DNA from: Terriglobia bacterium
Lineage (GTDB): Bacteria; Acidobacteriota; Terriglobia; 2-12-FULL-54-10
DNA length: 64,000 bases
Reading direction: 5' to 3'
Assembly: GCA_963666975.2 (NCBI GenBank)
Contig: CAXVYR010000003.1
Coordinates: 64,001-128,000 of the forward strand
The notes beneath the pieces are model-generated. The model made no database searches and was not told where the DNA came from. It saw only the letters and a list, made by a program, of their open reading frames with translations. The stretch's first letter is position 1, and the number at the start of each line of letters is the position of its first letter. Below are positions 1-10,771 of this stretch, one piece after another. The translations under genes were made by a program, and so were the position numbers.

Positions 1-417
1 CTGATCCCCGGCCTTTCCGGCCTCGACAATTTGCAGCTGCCCATGGCCGTCGCCGGCCGCCGGCACAACGAGAGAGTCGAGCGGTCCCATGACCTGCTGG
101 AACTGGTGGGAATGCGGGAGATGGCCGCCAAGCAGCCCGATGAGCTGAGCGGCGGCGAGCAACAGCGCGTCGCCATTGCCATAGCGCTGGTCAACGACCC
201 GCCGCTGATTCTCGCCGATGAGCCGACGGGGAATCTCGACAGCGTCAACGGCGGGATCGTCGCCGACCTGCTCTGCGCGCTGGCCCGCGACCACGGAAAG
301 ACGGTGGTCATCTGCACGCACGATCCGGCCGTCGGCGTCCGCGGTGACCAGATCTTACGCATGCGCGACGGCCTCATCACAGACAACGGGCAGAACGCAA
401 CGCCAACAACTTCCTGA
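1..417 (+). CDS. ABC transporter ATP-binding protein (LolD/MacB type), 5' end outside the window
   Basis: [12 protein letters not shown] signature, Walker B/D-loop [12 protein letters not shown]-loop THD; frame is open from base 1. Confidence 0.9.
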   Translation: MIPGLSGLDNLQLPMAVAGRRHNERVERSHDLLELVGMREMAAKQPDELSGGEQQRVAIAIALVNDPPLILADEPTGNLDSVNGGIVADLLCALARDHGKTVVICTHDPAVGVRGDQILRMRDGLITDNGQNATPTTS

Positions 418-1345
418 TAAGCCTCAAAAAGGAAAGCGAGACACCTGTCGTCCGCAGAAAATATATCAAAATATACTTCGAGATTGAAAGAACCTAGGAA
501 CAATAGACTTACATCATTGTGATGAGATGTGGCATTCTTTACTGATGATCGGCCCTGACCGAACCCGGAATTTTGTACCATCGATAAGGGCAAAGGCCCC
601 GACGCATCCTGCGTAGACTTTGGTTGGTTTGGAGACAGAAGACTGCGGGAGGAAGGAGCCTTCGCCCTTATCCAATCAACTTCAGGGTGAGTTTCCGGCT
701 ATTTGCAGGTCCATCAGATCGCGGAGAGACCTTACAGCATTACCGGCCACATGACACGCTACTCGTAAAAGTGCCCTTGGCCTGCGCAAGATCTCCGTAC
801 GAGAACCTGTCCTCGACGATTACTCGCGAGTAACGCCGTAGTGTTTACCGATCCGGTACGACTTGGCCGTAAAGTCGGCATCTCGGAAACTAGAGCCTTT
901 GAATCGATTTCTTCAATAACCGTCGCGAACACTTCTTCCCACTAATAAGCAAGATTTCTCCCGTCAAACATCCTTTTCGATTTTGAACTGTGAGATAGGG
1001 GCAGTGAGGGCAAGCCACCCGCGTCGGGATTGGAGCGGGTAGTCAAGGACGGTCGTGACGAGATGATCGCAGTACACCGGTCAAAACCAACTACTTCTGG
1101 CCGGTCTCCGGTCAATCCGGCAAGCTTTTTGTTTTCTGGGCCTCCCATAAAATTCACACAGGATAATTTTGGCAGGCTCAGACGAGCCCCCGATTACCTA
1201 CCAACGTTTCCGCTCCATCCCGCGACGAACGTCAGTCCGGATCGCGATTCCGGTCTCGCGATCCTTTCCCAGGGATTTCAGAAGATTCGTTTGGCAGGAA
1301 CAAGAATCAACCCTTTTTGTAACAATATCTATATCTATAGCAATT

Positions 1346-2674
1346 ATGGGTGAGAGCCAAAAACAGGTGTTTCAACTGTCATTCAACCGGATTCTACGGG
1401 TTACTTTTCATGGATCACGGGTGACGTCCAACGGTGGACTGATTCTGGTGCGGGAGTTGGACGAGCGATTGGGATTCGGCGAACTCGTCGAACAGCACTT
1501 GACCGACTCTCGGGCAAACAATGCGCGGTTGTCTTTTACGGACCTACTTCGACAGTCGGTCTACAGCCGTCTGGCTGGATACGAGGATGTGAACGATGCC
1601 GAGGGGCTATCTCAGGACCCGGCGTTGCGGCTGATCGGTTCGGAGAAGATTTGGGATCGAGGGGCGGCTCTGACTTCTCGGTTGCAAACCTTCGAGACGG
1701 AACTTCTGGCTGAGGAGGAAAACTTCGCGGGGCTGGCACGGGTGAACCGAGAGCTGATCGGCAATGCAGAAGCGATCAATTCGCCGCACCGAACAGTGTT
1801 GGACATGGATTCGACCGAGATTCCGGTCTACGGCGAACAGGAGAATAGCGCCTACAACGGGCATTTCGAGTCGAGCTGCTATCACCCGTTGTTGCTGTTC
1901 AATCGCGAGGGTGACTGTTTGGCAGCCAAGCTACGACCCGGTAACGTCCACAGCGCCGATGACTGGGAAGAACTTCTCCTGCCGGAGATCGAGCGGCAGC
2001 AGAAGCTGGGCAAGGAAGTGGTGTTTCGTGCCGACGCGGCCTTTGCCAAGCCGGAGATCTACGAGGCTCTGGAGGAGCGCGGCGTGAAGTACGCCATCCG
2101 CATCCCGGCCAACGAAAGCCTACAGCGGGACATTGAGGAGTTGCTGACTCGGCCGGTGGGAAGACCCAGTGTGAAGCCGTTGGTGGAGTACAAGGGCTTT
2201 CTCTATCAAGCAGCGAGTTGGGGTAAGGCGAGACGGGTCGTTGCCAAGGTTGAACATCACCAGGGAGAGATGTTCCCGCGAGTGGGTTTCATCGTGACTA
2301 ATTTAACCTTGCCGAGTCGGGCGGTCGTGCGTTTTTACAACAAGCGCGGTACGGCCGAGCAGTGGATCAAGGAAGGCAAACAGGCGGTGAAGATGACGCG
2401 GCTAAGTTGTCACCGGTTCCGGTCGAACGAGGTCCGGCTGTGGCTCACCATCATTGCCTATAATCTGGGAAATCTATGGCGGCGACTGGTGCTGCCACAG
2501 AGAATCGGGAACTGGTCCTTGACGAGCTTGCAGCAGCGGTTGGTGAAAACCGGAGGACGCCTGATTAAGCATGCCCGCTACTATTGGCTATTGCTGGCAG
2601 AGAGCCATCTGACTCGGCGGCTGTTTGCCAGCATGCTGGGGCGTATAAATGGGCTGTCGCTTCCGTCGGGATAG
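1346..2674 (+). mobile_element. IS1380-family transposase; element right end at about 2897
   Basis: VTSNGGLILVRELDERLG, LDMDST, VFRADAAF, YNKRGTAEQWIKEGK motifs; downstream end reads TTTATTCCGG. Left end not confidently placed. Confidence 0.9.
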
Positions 2675-3013
2675 CCCAGGCTGCGGCACCCAAGAAAACC
2701 ATTCCGCTATCTCCCAGGAATGGAGAGGTGTCTGAAAAAGTTGCTTCTGGAAGCTCAAGCTACAGGCTTTCAGGGCCCGAAAAAGGGGGCTGGGAGCCGG
2801 TGGGACCGTCTGAGAGAAAATTCGTGCTCGGAGGGCTCCACTGGATGCAAAGGGGTGTATATTCGTTACCGTCGGGAGGCCAAAAAGTTTATTCCGGCTT
2901 GTAGCTGACATGCAGCTCAATTCTATTCTCGTGTACTATTTCCGGAGATGTTCTAGAATCGACTACAACGGGTAAGCTGGAAGGGGCTCTTAACCTTCCT
3001 CAATTTTCGGAGG

Positions 3014-3484
3014 TTGGTGATGCGGTTAGTGCTCGAAGTAAACGGTCGATCCCACACCGTGGATGTCGAACCGGACACGCCGCTACTGTACGTGCTGCGC
3101 AACGATTTGCAGCTGGATGGGCCCAAGTTTGGCTGCGGTCTTGCGCAGTGCGGCGCTTGCACGGTGATCCTGGATGGCCAGGCCATCCGCTCTTGCGTCA
3201 CGCGCGTGTCTGCGGCGCAGGGACATCAGGTAATGACGCTGGAAGCTCTCGGGACGTTGAACCGCCCACACCCGCTCCAGCAGGCATTCATTGACGAACA
3301 AGCCACCCAATGCGGCTACTGTGCGAACGGGATGATCATGACGGCCAAAGCGCTCTTGGACAAGAATCCCCATCCGACCGATGCGGAGATCCGGCAGGCG
3401 CTGGCGGGCAACTTGTGCCGATGTGGCACGCAACCCCGAGTCGTTCGGGCGGTGATGCGCGCAGCGGAGATGGTGGGACGGTGA
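3014..3484 (+). CDS. (2Fe-2S)-binding small subunit of a molybdenum hydroxylase (CoxS/IorA-like)
   Basis: GCGLAQCGACTV, QCGYC and CRC motifs. Confidence 0.92.
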   Translation: MVMRLVLEVNGRSHTVDVEPDTPLLYVLRNDLQLDGPKFGCGLAQCGACTVILDGQAIRSCVTRVSAAQGHQVMTLEALGTLNRPHPLQQAFIDEQATQCGYCANGMIMTAKALLDKNPHPTDAEIRQALAGNLCRCGTQPRVVRAVMRAAEMVGR

Positions 3485-5745
3485 TGAGCAAAAAGATCAC
3501 TCGGCGGGAATTTGTCAAGGACACGGGCGTCCTGGTCGTAAGCATCAGCGTGGTGAACCGTCTTCCCAGGCTCGTGGCCTCGCAGACGGCTCCCGAAGCT
3601 GGCTCCGCTATTCTCCGGAGTGTGGCACCAGAGGAGCTAGACTCATGGCTGGCGATTGCCCAGGACGGGAAGGTGACGCTGTACACGGGTCGGGTGGACA
3701 TTGGGACCGGCGTGGAGACCTCCTATGCTCAGATTGTGGCCGACGAACTTGACCTCGCCTTCGAGCATGTGAAGGTCATCATGGGTGACACGGGGCTGAC
3801 GCCCGATCAGAGCAAATCGACGGCCAGCACTGCCACCTCGATGGCCGCCCAGCCAATCCGCATAGCTGCAGCGGAAGCGCGGCAGGTGCTGCTGAACCTC
3901 GCGTCGAAGCATCTCAACACCCCGGTCGGCGAGCTGACGGTCAACGAGGGTGTTATCAGCCTCCGGGATGATTCTTCCAAGAAGATCTCTTATGGGGAGC
4001 TGATTGGCGGCAAACGGTTCGACGTTAAGTTGAAAGTGCTGGAAACGGGCATGTGGGGCCCAAAGCTGGCTGGCACCGCGAAACCCAAAGTCCCGAGCCA
4101 GTACACGATTGTAGGCAAGCCGATCCCGCACGTGGATATTCCGCCGAAGGTGACCGGCTCATACAAATTTGTCCATGATGTTCGGGTTCCGGGGATGCTC
4201 CACGGCCGGGTGGCCCGCCCGCCCGCCTTGGGCGCCACGCTGCTCAGAGTGGACCCGGACTCTGTGCGTCATATTCCAGGCGTGAGGGTCGTTCACAAAG
4301 CCAATTTCGTCGGCGTGGTTGCCGAGCGCGAAGAACACGCCATCCGGGCTGCGGGAGAACTCAGGTGCGCCTGGTCGAAATGGAGCGGTCTGCCGGACTA
4401 CCAGGACCTGTACCAGGCTGTGCGCACCGCTCCGCTTATAGAGCGGCGGTCGCGCGACGAAAAGGGCGACGTGGAAGCGGCCCTGCAGGGGGCAGTTAGG
4501 TCGGCGAAGGCCACCTACCACTATCCCGTCCAGTTGCACGGGATGATCGGTCCTTCCTGCGCCATCGCGGACGTGAAGGACGGCGGAGCGACGATCTGGT
4601 CGGGGGCGCAGTGGGTTCAGGGAAACCGCTACGATATCGCCCAAATGTTGGGGCTGTCGCCGGAAAAGGTCCGTGTGATCTGGGTGGCAGCGGCCGGATG
4701 CTACGGACGGCTCTCTGTGGATGACGCGGCGCATGACGCGGCGCTGATGTCGCAGGTGGTTGGCAGGCCCGTGCGCGTCCAGTGGATGCGGCACGACGAG
4801 CACGGATGGGAGCCCGTGAGCACGCCGATGGTGATGGATTTACTTGCGGGCCTGGACGCCCGGGGCAACGTGGTGGCCTTTGACTTTGAGGGGTGGTCCT
4901 CCAGCCATTCCAGCGGAGAACGAGGCAATTCCGTCGCGTGGCGCCTCCTGGGGACGGCGCCGGGGCATAAGCGGCTCAGCGGTGGTGTGGGTGACCACCC
5001 CTACAATTTTCCAAACCGGCGGGTGGCGCTGAACTATGTACAGCCGTTGTTTCGCACCCTTTATCTGCGAGCGCCCGGAGGCCTGCAAAACAACTTTGCC
5101 ATCGAGTCCTTTATGGACGAACTGGCGGCGGCACAGGGAGTTGACCCCATCGATTTCCGGCTTCGGTATCTGGAAGATGCGCGTGCTGTCGCGACTCTTA
5201 AGGCGGCGGCACAGAAATTCGGCTGGGACTCCCGACCGTCACCCAGGAAAGGGGCCGGAGGCTCCGGTGTTGCCACGGGTCGCGGAGTCTCGCTGGCATG
5301 GCAGTCGATTGGCGAATATGCGGTAGGCCAGCGGGTGGCGATGGTTGCTGAGGTGGAGGTCCACCGGGACACAGGCCGGGTGCGCGTCACAAGGGCTGTG
5401 GTCGCCTCGGACTGCGGGTTGATCATTAACCCAAACGGACTGCAGCAGCAGGTGGAAGGGGCTGTTCTCCAGGGGATCAGCCGCGTACTGATGGAGGAGG
5501 TCAAATTCGACCGCTCGAAGGTCACGAGTCTGAACTGGAACTCGTACCCGATTCTCACGTTCCCGGAGACTCCGGAGGTAGAGGTCGTCCTGATCAACCG
5601 GCCCGATATCCCGTCGTCGGGCATAGGCGAGTTAGCGACTATTCCGACGGGTGGTGCCGTCGCCAACGCCATTTTCGACGCTATTGGCCTGCGGCTGCGC
5701 CAGGTCCCGTTTACACCCGACCGGGTCAAGCCCACTTTGGGTTAA
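3484..5745 (+). CDS. Xanthine dehydrogenase-family molybdopterin-binding large subunit (IorB-like), probable Tat substrate
   Basis: ITRREFVK twin-arginine-like signal, GRVDIGTG, LRAPG, QQVEG, GIGELATIP; start overlaps the upstream stop (GTGATG). Confidence 0.9.
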   Translation: MSKKITRREFVKDTGVLVVSISVVNRLPRLVASQTAPEAGSAILRSVAPEELDSWLAIAQDGKVTLYTGRVDIGTGVETSYAQIVADELDLAFEHVKVIMGDTGLTPDQSKSTASTATSMAAQPIRIAAAEARQVLLNLASKHLNTPVGELTVNEGVISLRDDSSKKISYGELIGGKRFDVKLKVLETGMWGPKLAGTAKPKVPSQYTIVGKPIPHVDIPPKVTGSYKFVHDVRVPGMLHGRVARPPALGATLLRVDPDSVRHIPGVRVVHKANFVGVVAEREEHAIRAAGELRCAWSKWSGLPDYQDLYQAVRTAPLIERRSRDEKGDVEAALQGAVRSAKATYHYPVQLHGMIGPSCAIADVKDGGATIWSGAQWVQGNRYDIAQMLGLSPEKVRVIWVAAAGCYGRLSVDDAAHDAALMSQVVGRPVRVQWMRHDEHGWEPVSTPMVMDLLAGLDARGNVVAFDFEGWSSSHSSGERGNSVAWRLLGTAPGHKRLSGGVGDHPYNFPNRRVALNYVQPLFRTLYLRAPGGLQNNFAIESFMDELAAAQGVDPIDFRLRYLEDARAVATLKAAAQKFGWDSRPSPRKGAGGSGVATGRGVSLAWQSIGEYAVGQRVAMVAEVEVHRDTGRVRVTRAVVASDCGLIINPNGLQQQVEGAVLQGISRVLMEEVKFDRSKVTSLNWNSYPILTFPETPEVEVVLINRPDIPSSGIGELATIPTGGAVANAIFDAIGLRLRQVPFTPDRVKPTLG

Positions 5746-5811
5746 GTGACTGTAAGTCCGAACCACCATTCAGTGATTTTTGACGAGCCCTGGATAAATG
5801 TCACCAGGTTA

Positions 5812-5906
5812 CCGGATTTCCCGCAGTAATAGATTAGACGTTCCCCCGAGAATCAGCTAGGTGCTGCTTGATGAGTTCACCGAATCCCAAGCGTTCGTCC
5901 AACTCG
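5812..5906 (-). pseudogene. Internally deleted IS1380 remnant
   Basis: Minus strand encodes ELDERLGFGELIKQHLADSRG, a paralog of the 1346 transposase, followed by an IS1380-like end GGGAAATCCGG. Confidence 0.75.
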
Positions 5907-6212
5907 TGTGGTCAAAAAACTCATGCACGGATTTAGTTGGACAGTCGACCCCGTCTGTCTCCGATCCAGGCAGGACAACACGGCATCATCACTCATTCGC
6001 CGTGTTCTCCAGGCAGGTAAGGAATCAATCCGCGTCGCACTGCTTCCTCTTGAATTTCCCGCGGAGCCTCGCGAGCATCTATGACCAGCCCGTTGACCAT
6101 TATCTGTGACACTGTCGGGTTATCCGCCAGCCTACTCGCTAAAGTCCAGCGCGGGTCAAACACATAGATTTTCAGGCTCTCTTCGATTCGGTGCTTCCGC
6201 AATCTGGTGTTG

Positions 6213-6885
6213 TTAAGCAGCCTCTGAAATCGCCGAGTCTTCCCGACCGGGCGAATTCGCTTCGAAGATGAACACACAGACGGTCCTGACCAAGCACAAA
6301 AAGTTCGGGACGGACGTGAAGACATCGCGGAACGTCAGCCGTTTTTGGGTCAGGCCTGCCTGCATCGCCGGAGTTCGGACTTCGCGCCCAAACTTCAGAG
6401 CCCGATGAGGCCTGAGGAAGTTGTAATGGCATCGCAGCAGCTCCCGATGATGCTTCAGCGCCTTGCGAAAGAAGGCCTTCGCCGCTGCGATGCCACGTGC
6501 CCGACTGAGAAAGAACTCCACAGTGTTGCCCTGTCCGTCCACGGCTCGATACAGGTACATCCACTGGCCCCGCACCTTGATAAACGTTTCATCAACCCGC
6601 CAACTCCCACCCACCGGTCGTTCGAATCGGCTCCAACGCCTTTCGCAGGTTTCGGCATAGCGAACGACCCACCGCAAGATTGTGGTGTGCGAAATCGGTA
6701 AACCCCGCTCACCTAAAATCTCGACCAGGTCCCGGTAACTCAGTTTGAAGCGGAAATACCAGCGAAGGCAGAGAAGAATGATGTCGTCTTCGAACCAACG
6801 TCCGGCAAATAGAGGATTCCGTTCCGTTTTGCGATGCGCCATATCTCATTATCGCCAATCTCCGTTGGTTGTCTGCACCAGAACC
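6213..6885 (-). mobile_element. IS6-family transposase fragment fused to the C-terminus of a different transposase
   Basis: IS6 motifs LSYRDL, WRVDETFIKVRG, YLYRAVD; IS6-like end GGTTCTGGTGCA at 6885; after about 6447 the ORF switches to RCHYNFLRPHRALK...TPAMQAGL. Confidence 0.8.
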
Positions 6886-9201
6886 CCTTTGGAAGCTTTC
6901 CCGCCCAATCGGCAGAGAACCGCAATACAATTCCACCGTTTCCGGATCGCCTAAAAGGGGCATCTTCAATTCCACCCTTCTTAGCGATAATTCCTGCGAA
7001 AGCTTACTGAAGGCGGCCTCGTTGATCTCGATGCCCTCGACGTTGTAATGCAGCAGGAATTCCTCCGAGGCGCCGCCGGATTCGGCGTCGGGCAGCAACT
7101 GCATCACAAAGACCCGGAAGAACCGGTTCTTCTGGCCCACCACCCGCTTCGCCAGTTTGCCGCAACTGGAAAGCCGGTCGGATTCATTCAGCGCTTTGGA
7201 GATCATAATCGGGGTCTCGCCGTCCATCAGGTACATGGGAGCCGCAGGCTGAAAACTGATGCCGATTCCCAGCTCCAGCAGCGGCAACTGTTTCCGCGCG
7301 GCCTGGTCGTTGACCGCCCGGACCCCCTCAATCATATCTCTGGCTAAACAGGAGATTCGGGCCACGGAGTTTGTGCCCAGGGTATCCTTCTCCCGCTCCA
7401 GGATCGCCAAAATCACGGCGTCCCCTTCCAGAAACACTTTGAAAGCGCCGTAGCGGGGCAGCAGTTTGGTGATCGGCTGAAAAAAATTGAGACTAAAGTA
7501 AGAGGCCGGATTCAATCCCCTGGAATACAGCTGGGCCGTGATGGAGGTGGAGTCCCGGATGTCGGCTTTCAGGATAGCGTGGCTAGAGACCTTGTCCTCC
7601 AGCGGCCCATGTTCCTCCGCCAGAAGAAACCGGTAGAGGGTGCGGTTGATCTCGGAAAGTTCCAGTTGCTTCCGGTCAACGGGAAGGTGGACATGCTCCA
7701 TCAAGCTCCGCACCAGGTGAAAGTCGCGCAGATCGTGCTGGTAGCGCATATAGTCGGAAAGGAAGCGGACCAGCACAGCCCGTATCTCCTTGCTCCCGGC
7801 GTCGCGGACCCGGCGCGCCGCTTCCTCCAGCGTGGCGGTGGAAGCGGTGGGGAGGCGGTATTCGCGAATCAGGTGCGCCACTTTCTTTCTCTCGCCTTCC
7901 TCCACCAGCGCTTCTTTCAGTTGCTGCGGGTGGATCGGAGGACAAAAGTCCTGATAAATTCTGGCTGTTTCATAGGCCGCCAGGATATAGGGAATCAGCC
8001 CGGCTTGGTGAAATTGATCGTAGAGTTTCTCGAGGGCTTCCTTTTGCTCTCCGGCTTTTTGCTTCAGGAACGCGATTTTTTCCGCTCCGGCTTTTTCCTT
8101 CCGCGCCTCCGCAAGCTGCTGCTCGGACTGAAAGGCGTCCACCAATAAAACGGCATTGGCCGGCGCAGCGGCGATGGCATCTATGCGGGCCGCATAAGAA
8201 TCCGAGATCAGGTGAAACGCTTCCAGTTGCCCGTTCAGCCGGCTTTCTATGGACGCAATCTCTAACTTCAGCTCGGCCGGGTCTTGTGTTTCCGTCCGTC
8301 CGCCCAGGGAGAAAAATCCCCGCTTCGTTCCCTGTTCCTCCACTTGCTTGCGCAGGGTCTCCCGACGCAGGCTCAGTTCCGCGCAGGACTCCCGGCGGGA
8401 ATAGTAATTTTGAAACTCCTCCGAGTGAGAGTCGGCCCATTCCAGCAAGCTCCGCACCTGCTCGTCGACCAGTTCCAGCCGGTCCGGGTCCCTCTGGAAA
8501 TTTCCCAGCAAAATGTAGTGCTCCAGATTTAGATAATCGTCCTTCCCGTCCTCGGTGAAAATCAATGGATTGGAAAAGACGGCGTGCGGCTCCGAGGCCT
8601 CGCTGCCGAAAAAGGACTCGCGCGTCTTGCGAACCACGTCACCGCGCGCCTCGTTGACCATTCCCAGCAGTTCCTGACCCGCCCGGCGCAGAATGATTTT
8701 TCTGTTTTTTTGGAAATTGCCGAACTGTTCTTGCAGTTGGTAGCCGCGTGGCCGGTGATCCCGTCCCGGCCCCTCAAACAATTTCAACTTCTCGCGCGCT
8801 TGGACGGTGATCGCGGCGTGCTGCGCTTGCAACTCCCCAACCATATACTTGAAGACCGCCGTTTGAACCAGCACCTCCAGTTGAGGGTTTTTCTCGACAT
8901 TGGCGCGTTTCAGCACAGCCACCAGCAAGTCTTGCAAGCTCTGCTTCACCTCTTTTTTATCAGATGGTTTGGGTTGGCCTGGAGGGTTGTGCATAAGCTC
9001 TGCCGCGCCGGAATGCTTGAGAACTACTTGCAACAAGAGAGGCCGGCAGAACTCCAGGAAACGGGGGCTGAGACAGACGTCAAACCGGATGTTGTCAATG
9101 CCGGGGATCAACTGATCGGTCTTGACAGCGGGCGCGTAGGAGTGGAAGGAGAAGGGGTGCTGCGGCTTTGCAGAAGCGGATTTGGAGAATAGGGCGCTCA
9201 T
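6886..9201 (-). CDS. Large protein with a C-terminal class III nucleotidyl cyclase-like domain; extreme C-terminus cut by IS6
   Basis: AILKADIRDSTS, FKVFLEGDAVIL, LGIGISF, ALNESDRL motifs; long helical N-terminal region. Confidence 0.7.
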
Positions 9202-9436
9202 CGCTGGTTGTCCGAGGGTTGTCCGAGTAGCCCTTGGTATGAAGGGGCAGGGGTAACGCCAGCTTCTGGCTCCGGAAGCAACTATAACAAAACCCGTGAC
9301 CACCAGCAAAGCCCGTTGCGGCCCGATGGCTGCTCCGGCTCGGTAACCTCAATGATTCCCCTTGCACATCGCAGCGGGAAAAAACGGCAAGAAACGAAAA
9401 ATGATCTGCAGTAGAAAATTTGGGTAGAATGTCCAA

Positions 9437-9673
9437 ATGTTTCCTGAAGCGGCCCCCCTGCGTTGCGTACATCTAAACCGGCTTGGCCGTCAATGTCCTT
9501 CCGAGGCGCTTCCGGAGGACGTGTTTTGCGCGGCCCACTCGCCCGACCGGGAACTTGAATCGCCGGAGCCGGACAATCGCCGCCCTTCCATCTATCGCTT
9601 GGTGGCGCTCCTGCTGCTGCTCATTTTTCTTTTCAATGCCTATCAGACTGTTCTCGGATGGCTGGGATGGTAG
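9437..9673 (+). CDS. Small hypothetical membrane protein with a Cys/His (zinc-finger-like) N-terminus
   Basis: RCVH...QC...FCAAH followed by one hydrophobic helix; divergent from the cyclase-like gene. Confidence 0.5.
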   Translation: MFPEAAPLRCVHLNRLGRQCPSEALPEDVFCAAHSPDRELESPEPDNRRPSIYRLVALLLLLIFLFNAYQTVLGWLGW

Positions 9674-9711
9674 GATTGCTTTGTCGTTCTGCGCTGAGCA
9701 CAAGCCTGGTA

Positions 9712-9900
9712 GATTCTCTCTTGAGTTACAAGGTTTTTTCTCTTTTGGAGGATGCCGAAGGAACCTTTTCTCTTATTGGATTCATGCAACCTTCATGGTA
9801 CAAAGCTCCGAGGCGAGCGGAAAGAGCTTGGCCCCGTCGTAAGCCTGGCGATGTTTGAACATGCCGAAGATGGCGTGCAAGAGCTTCCGCATGACGGCCA
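9712..9900 (-). pseudogene. IS110-family transposase C-terminal remnant and element end
   Basis: VAVMRKLLHAIFGMFKHRQAYD is a typical IS110 C-terminus; stop at 9782. Confidence 0.7.
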
Positions 9901-10036
9901 CGCCCATATCTTCGACGCCCCGCACTTGATCGTCTTCCCTGCCCTGGCCGTGATGCTGGCTGTTCTTGCCTTCAATTTCCTGGGAGATGCGCTCCGCGAC
10001 TACCTGGACCCGCGATTGAATAAGGAGTTCCTGTAA
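9892..10036 (+). pseudogene. DppC/OppC-type ABC permease C-terminal remnant
   Basis: HIFDAPHLIVFPALAVMLAVLAFNFLGDALRDYLDPR. Confidence 0.75.
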
Positions 10037-10223
10037 GCGGGAGGCAACTGGCCGCGAAGAGGACAGTCGCGGAATGTGAAGGTGTTTCCACAAGAAAGCT
10101 TTTGAGATGGAATTAGTGTGCTATAATAATTTGTAGTCAGTGGAAGCTGACTAAACCTCCGGTGGAAACTGGAGGCCGTCATTAGACGGAAAATCCCAAT
10201 GCTGTCTGCCTTGGAGAAACCGT

Positions 10224-10730
10224 ATGCCTATCAAGAAAGAGCCTCTCTTTCAGAAATCTCAATTATCATTTCAGAAGCTCACTGCCGCCGCATTAACCCT
10301 CAATAGCGCCTCCGACAAGCTAGGTCAATCCATAGCCGAACTTGACGCCTCGCTGAAAAAGTTAAACCTGGGGATTTCAAGCTGGGTTGAGTTCAGCACT
10401 TGGTCATCACCAGAAGGTTTAGAACACTCCGTGGAGAAGCTCGGTTACGACAAGATTAATGGCAAGTGGGGCATCGCAATCAGAACAATTGCTGGCCATG
10501 AGTCGTTTCCCGAGGAAGCCGATGAAGAAGAATGGCTGTTCAATGATGCTCCTCGCGCCCTGAGAATCAGAGCGACCGAAATGATCCCCAATCTCATTAA
10601 CCTACTTACGAAGAACGCAATAGAGACCACAAAGCAAGTCAACGGGAGGGCAGCCGAGGTCCAAGAACTCGCCGAAGCCATCAACATCGTCCTAGATCAA
10701 TCGGCCGAAAAACCGTCGGGTAAGCGTTAG
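10224..10730 (+). CDS. Hypothetical protein
   Basis: 168-aa ORF with GGAG RBS and lower GC than flanks; no family recognised. Confidence 0.65.
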   Translation: MPIKKEPLFQKSQLSFQKLTAAALTLNSASDKLGQSIAELDASLKKLNLGISSWVEFSTWSSPEGLEHSVEKLGYDKINGKWGIAIRTIAGHESFPEEADEEEWLFNDAPRALRIRATEMIPNLINLLTKNAIETTKQVNGRAAEVQELAEAINIVLDQSAEKPSGKR

Positions 10731-10771
10731 GTCGTACGGGAGTTGATGGCGATGGATACAGTAATCTCTAA

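Noticed and set aside
420-1340. Structured ncRNA in the long intergenic region
   Set aside because: Only scattered short hairpins; I recognised no RNA family, and an Rfam/Infernal scan would be needed
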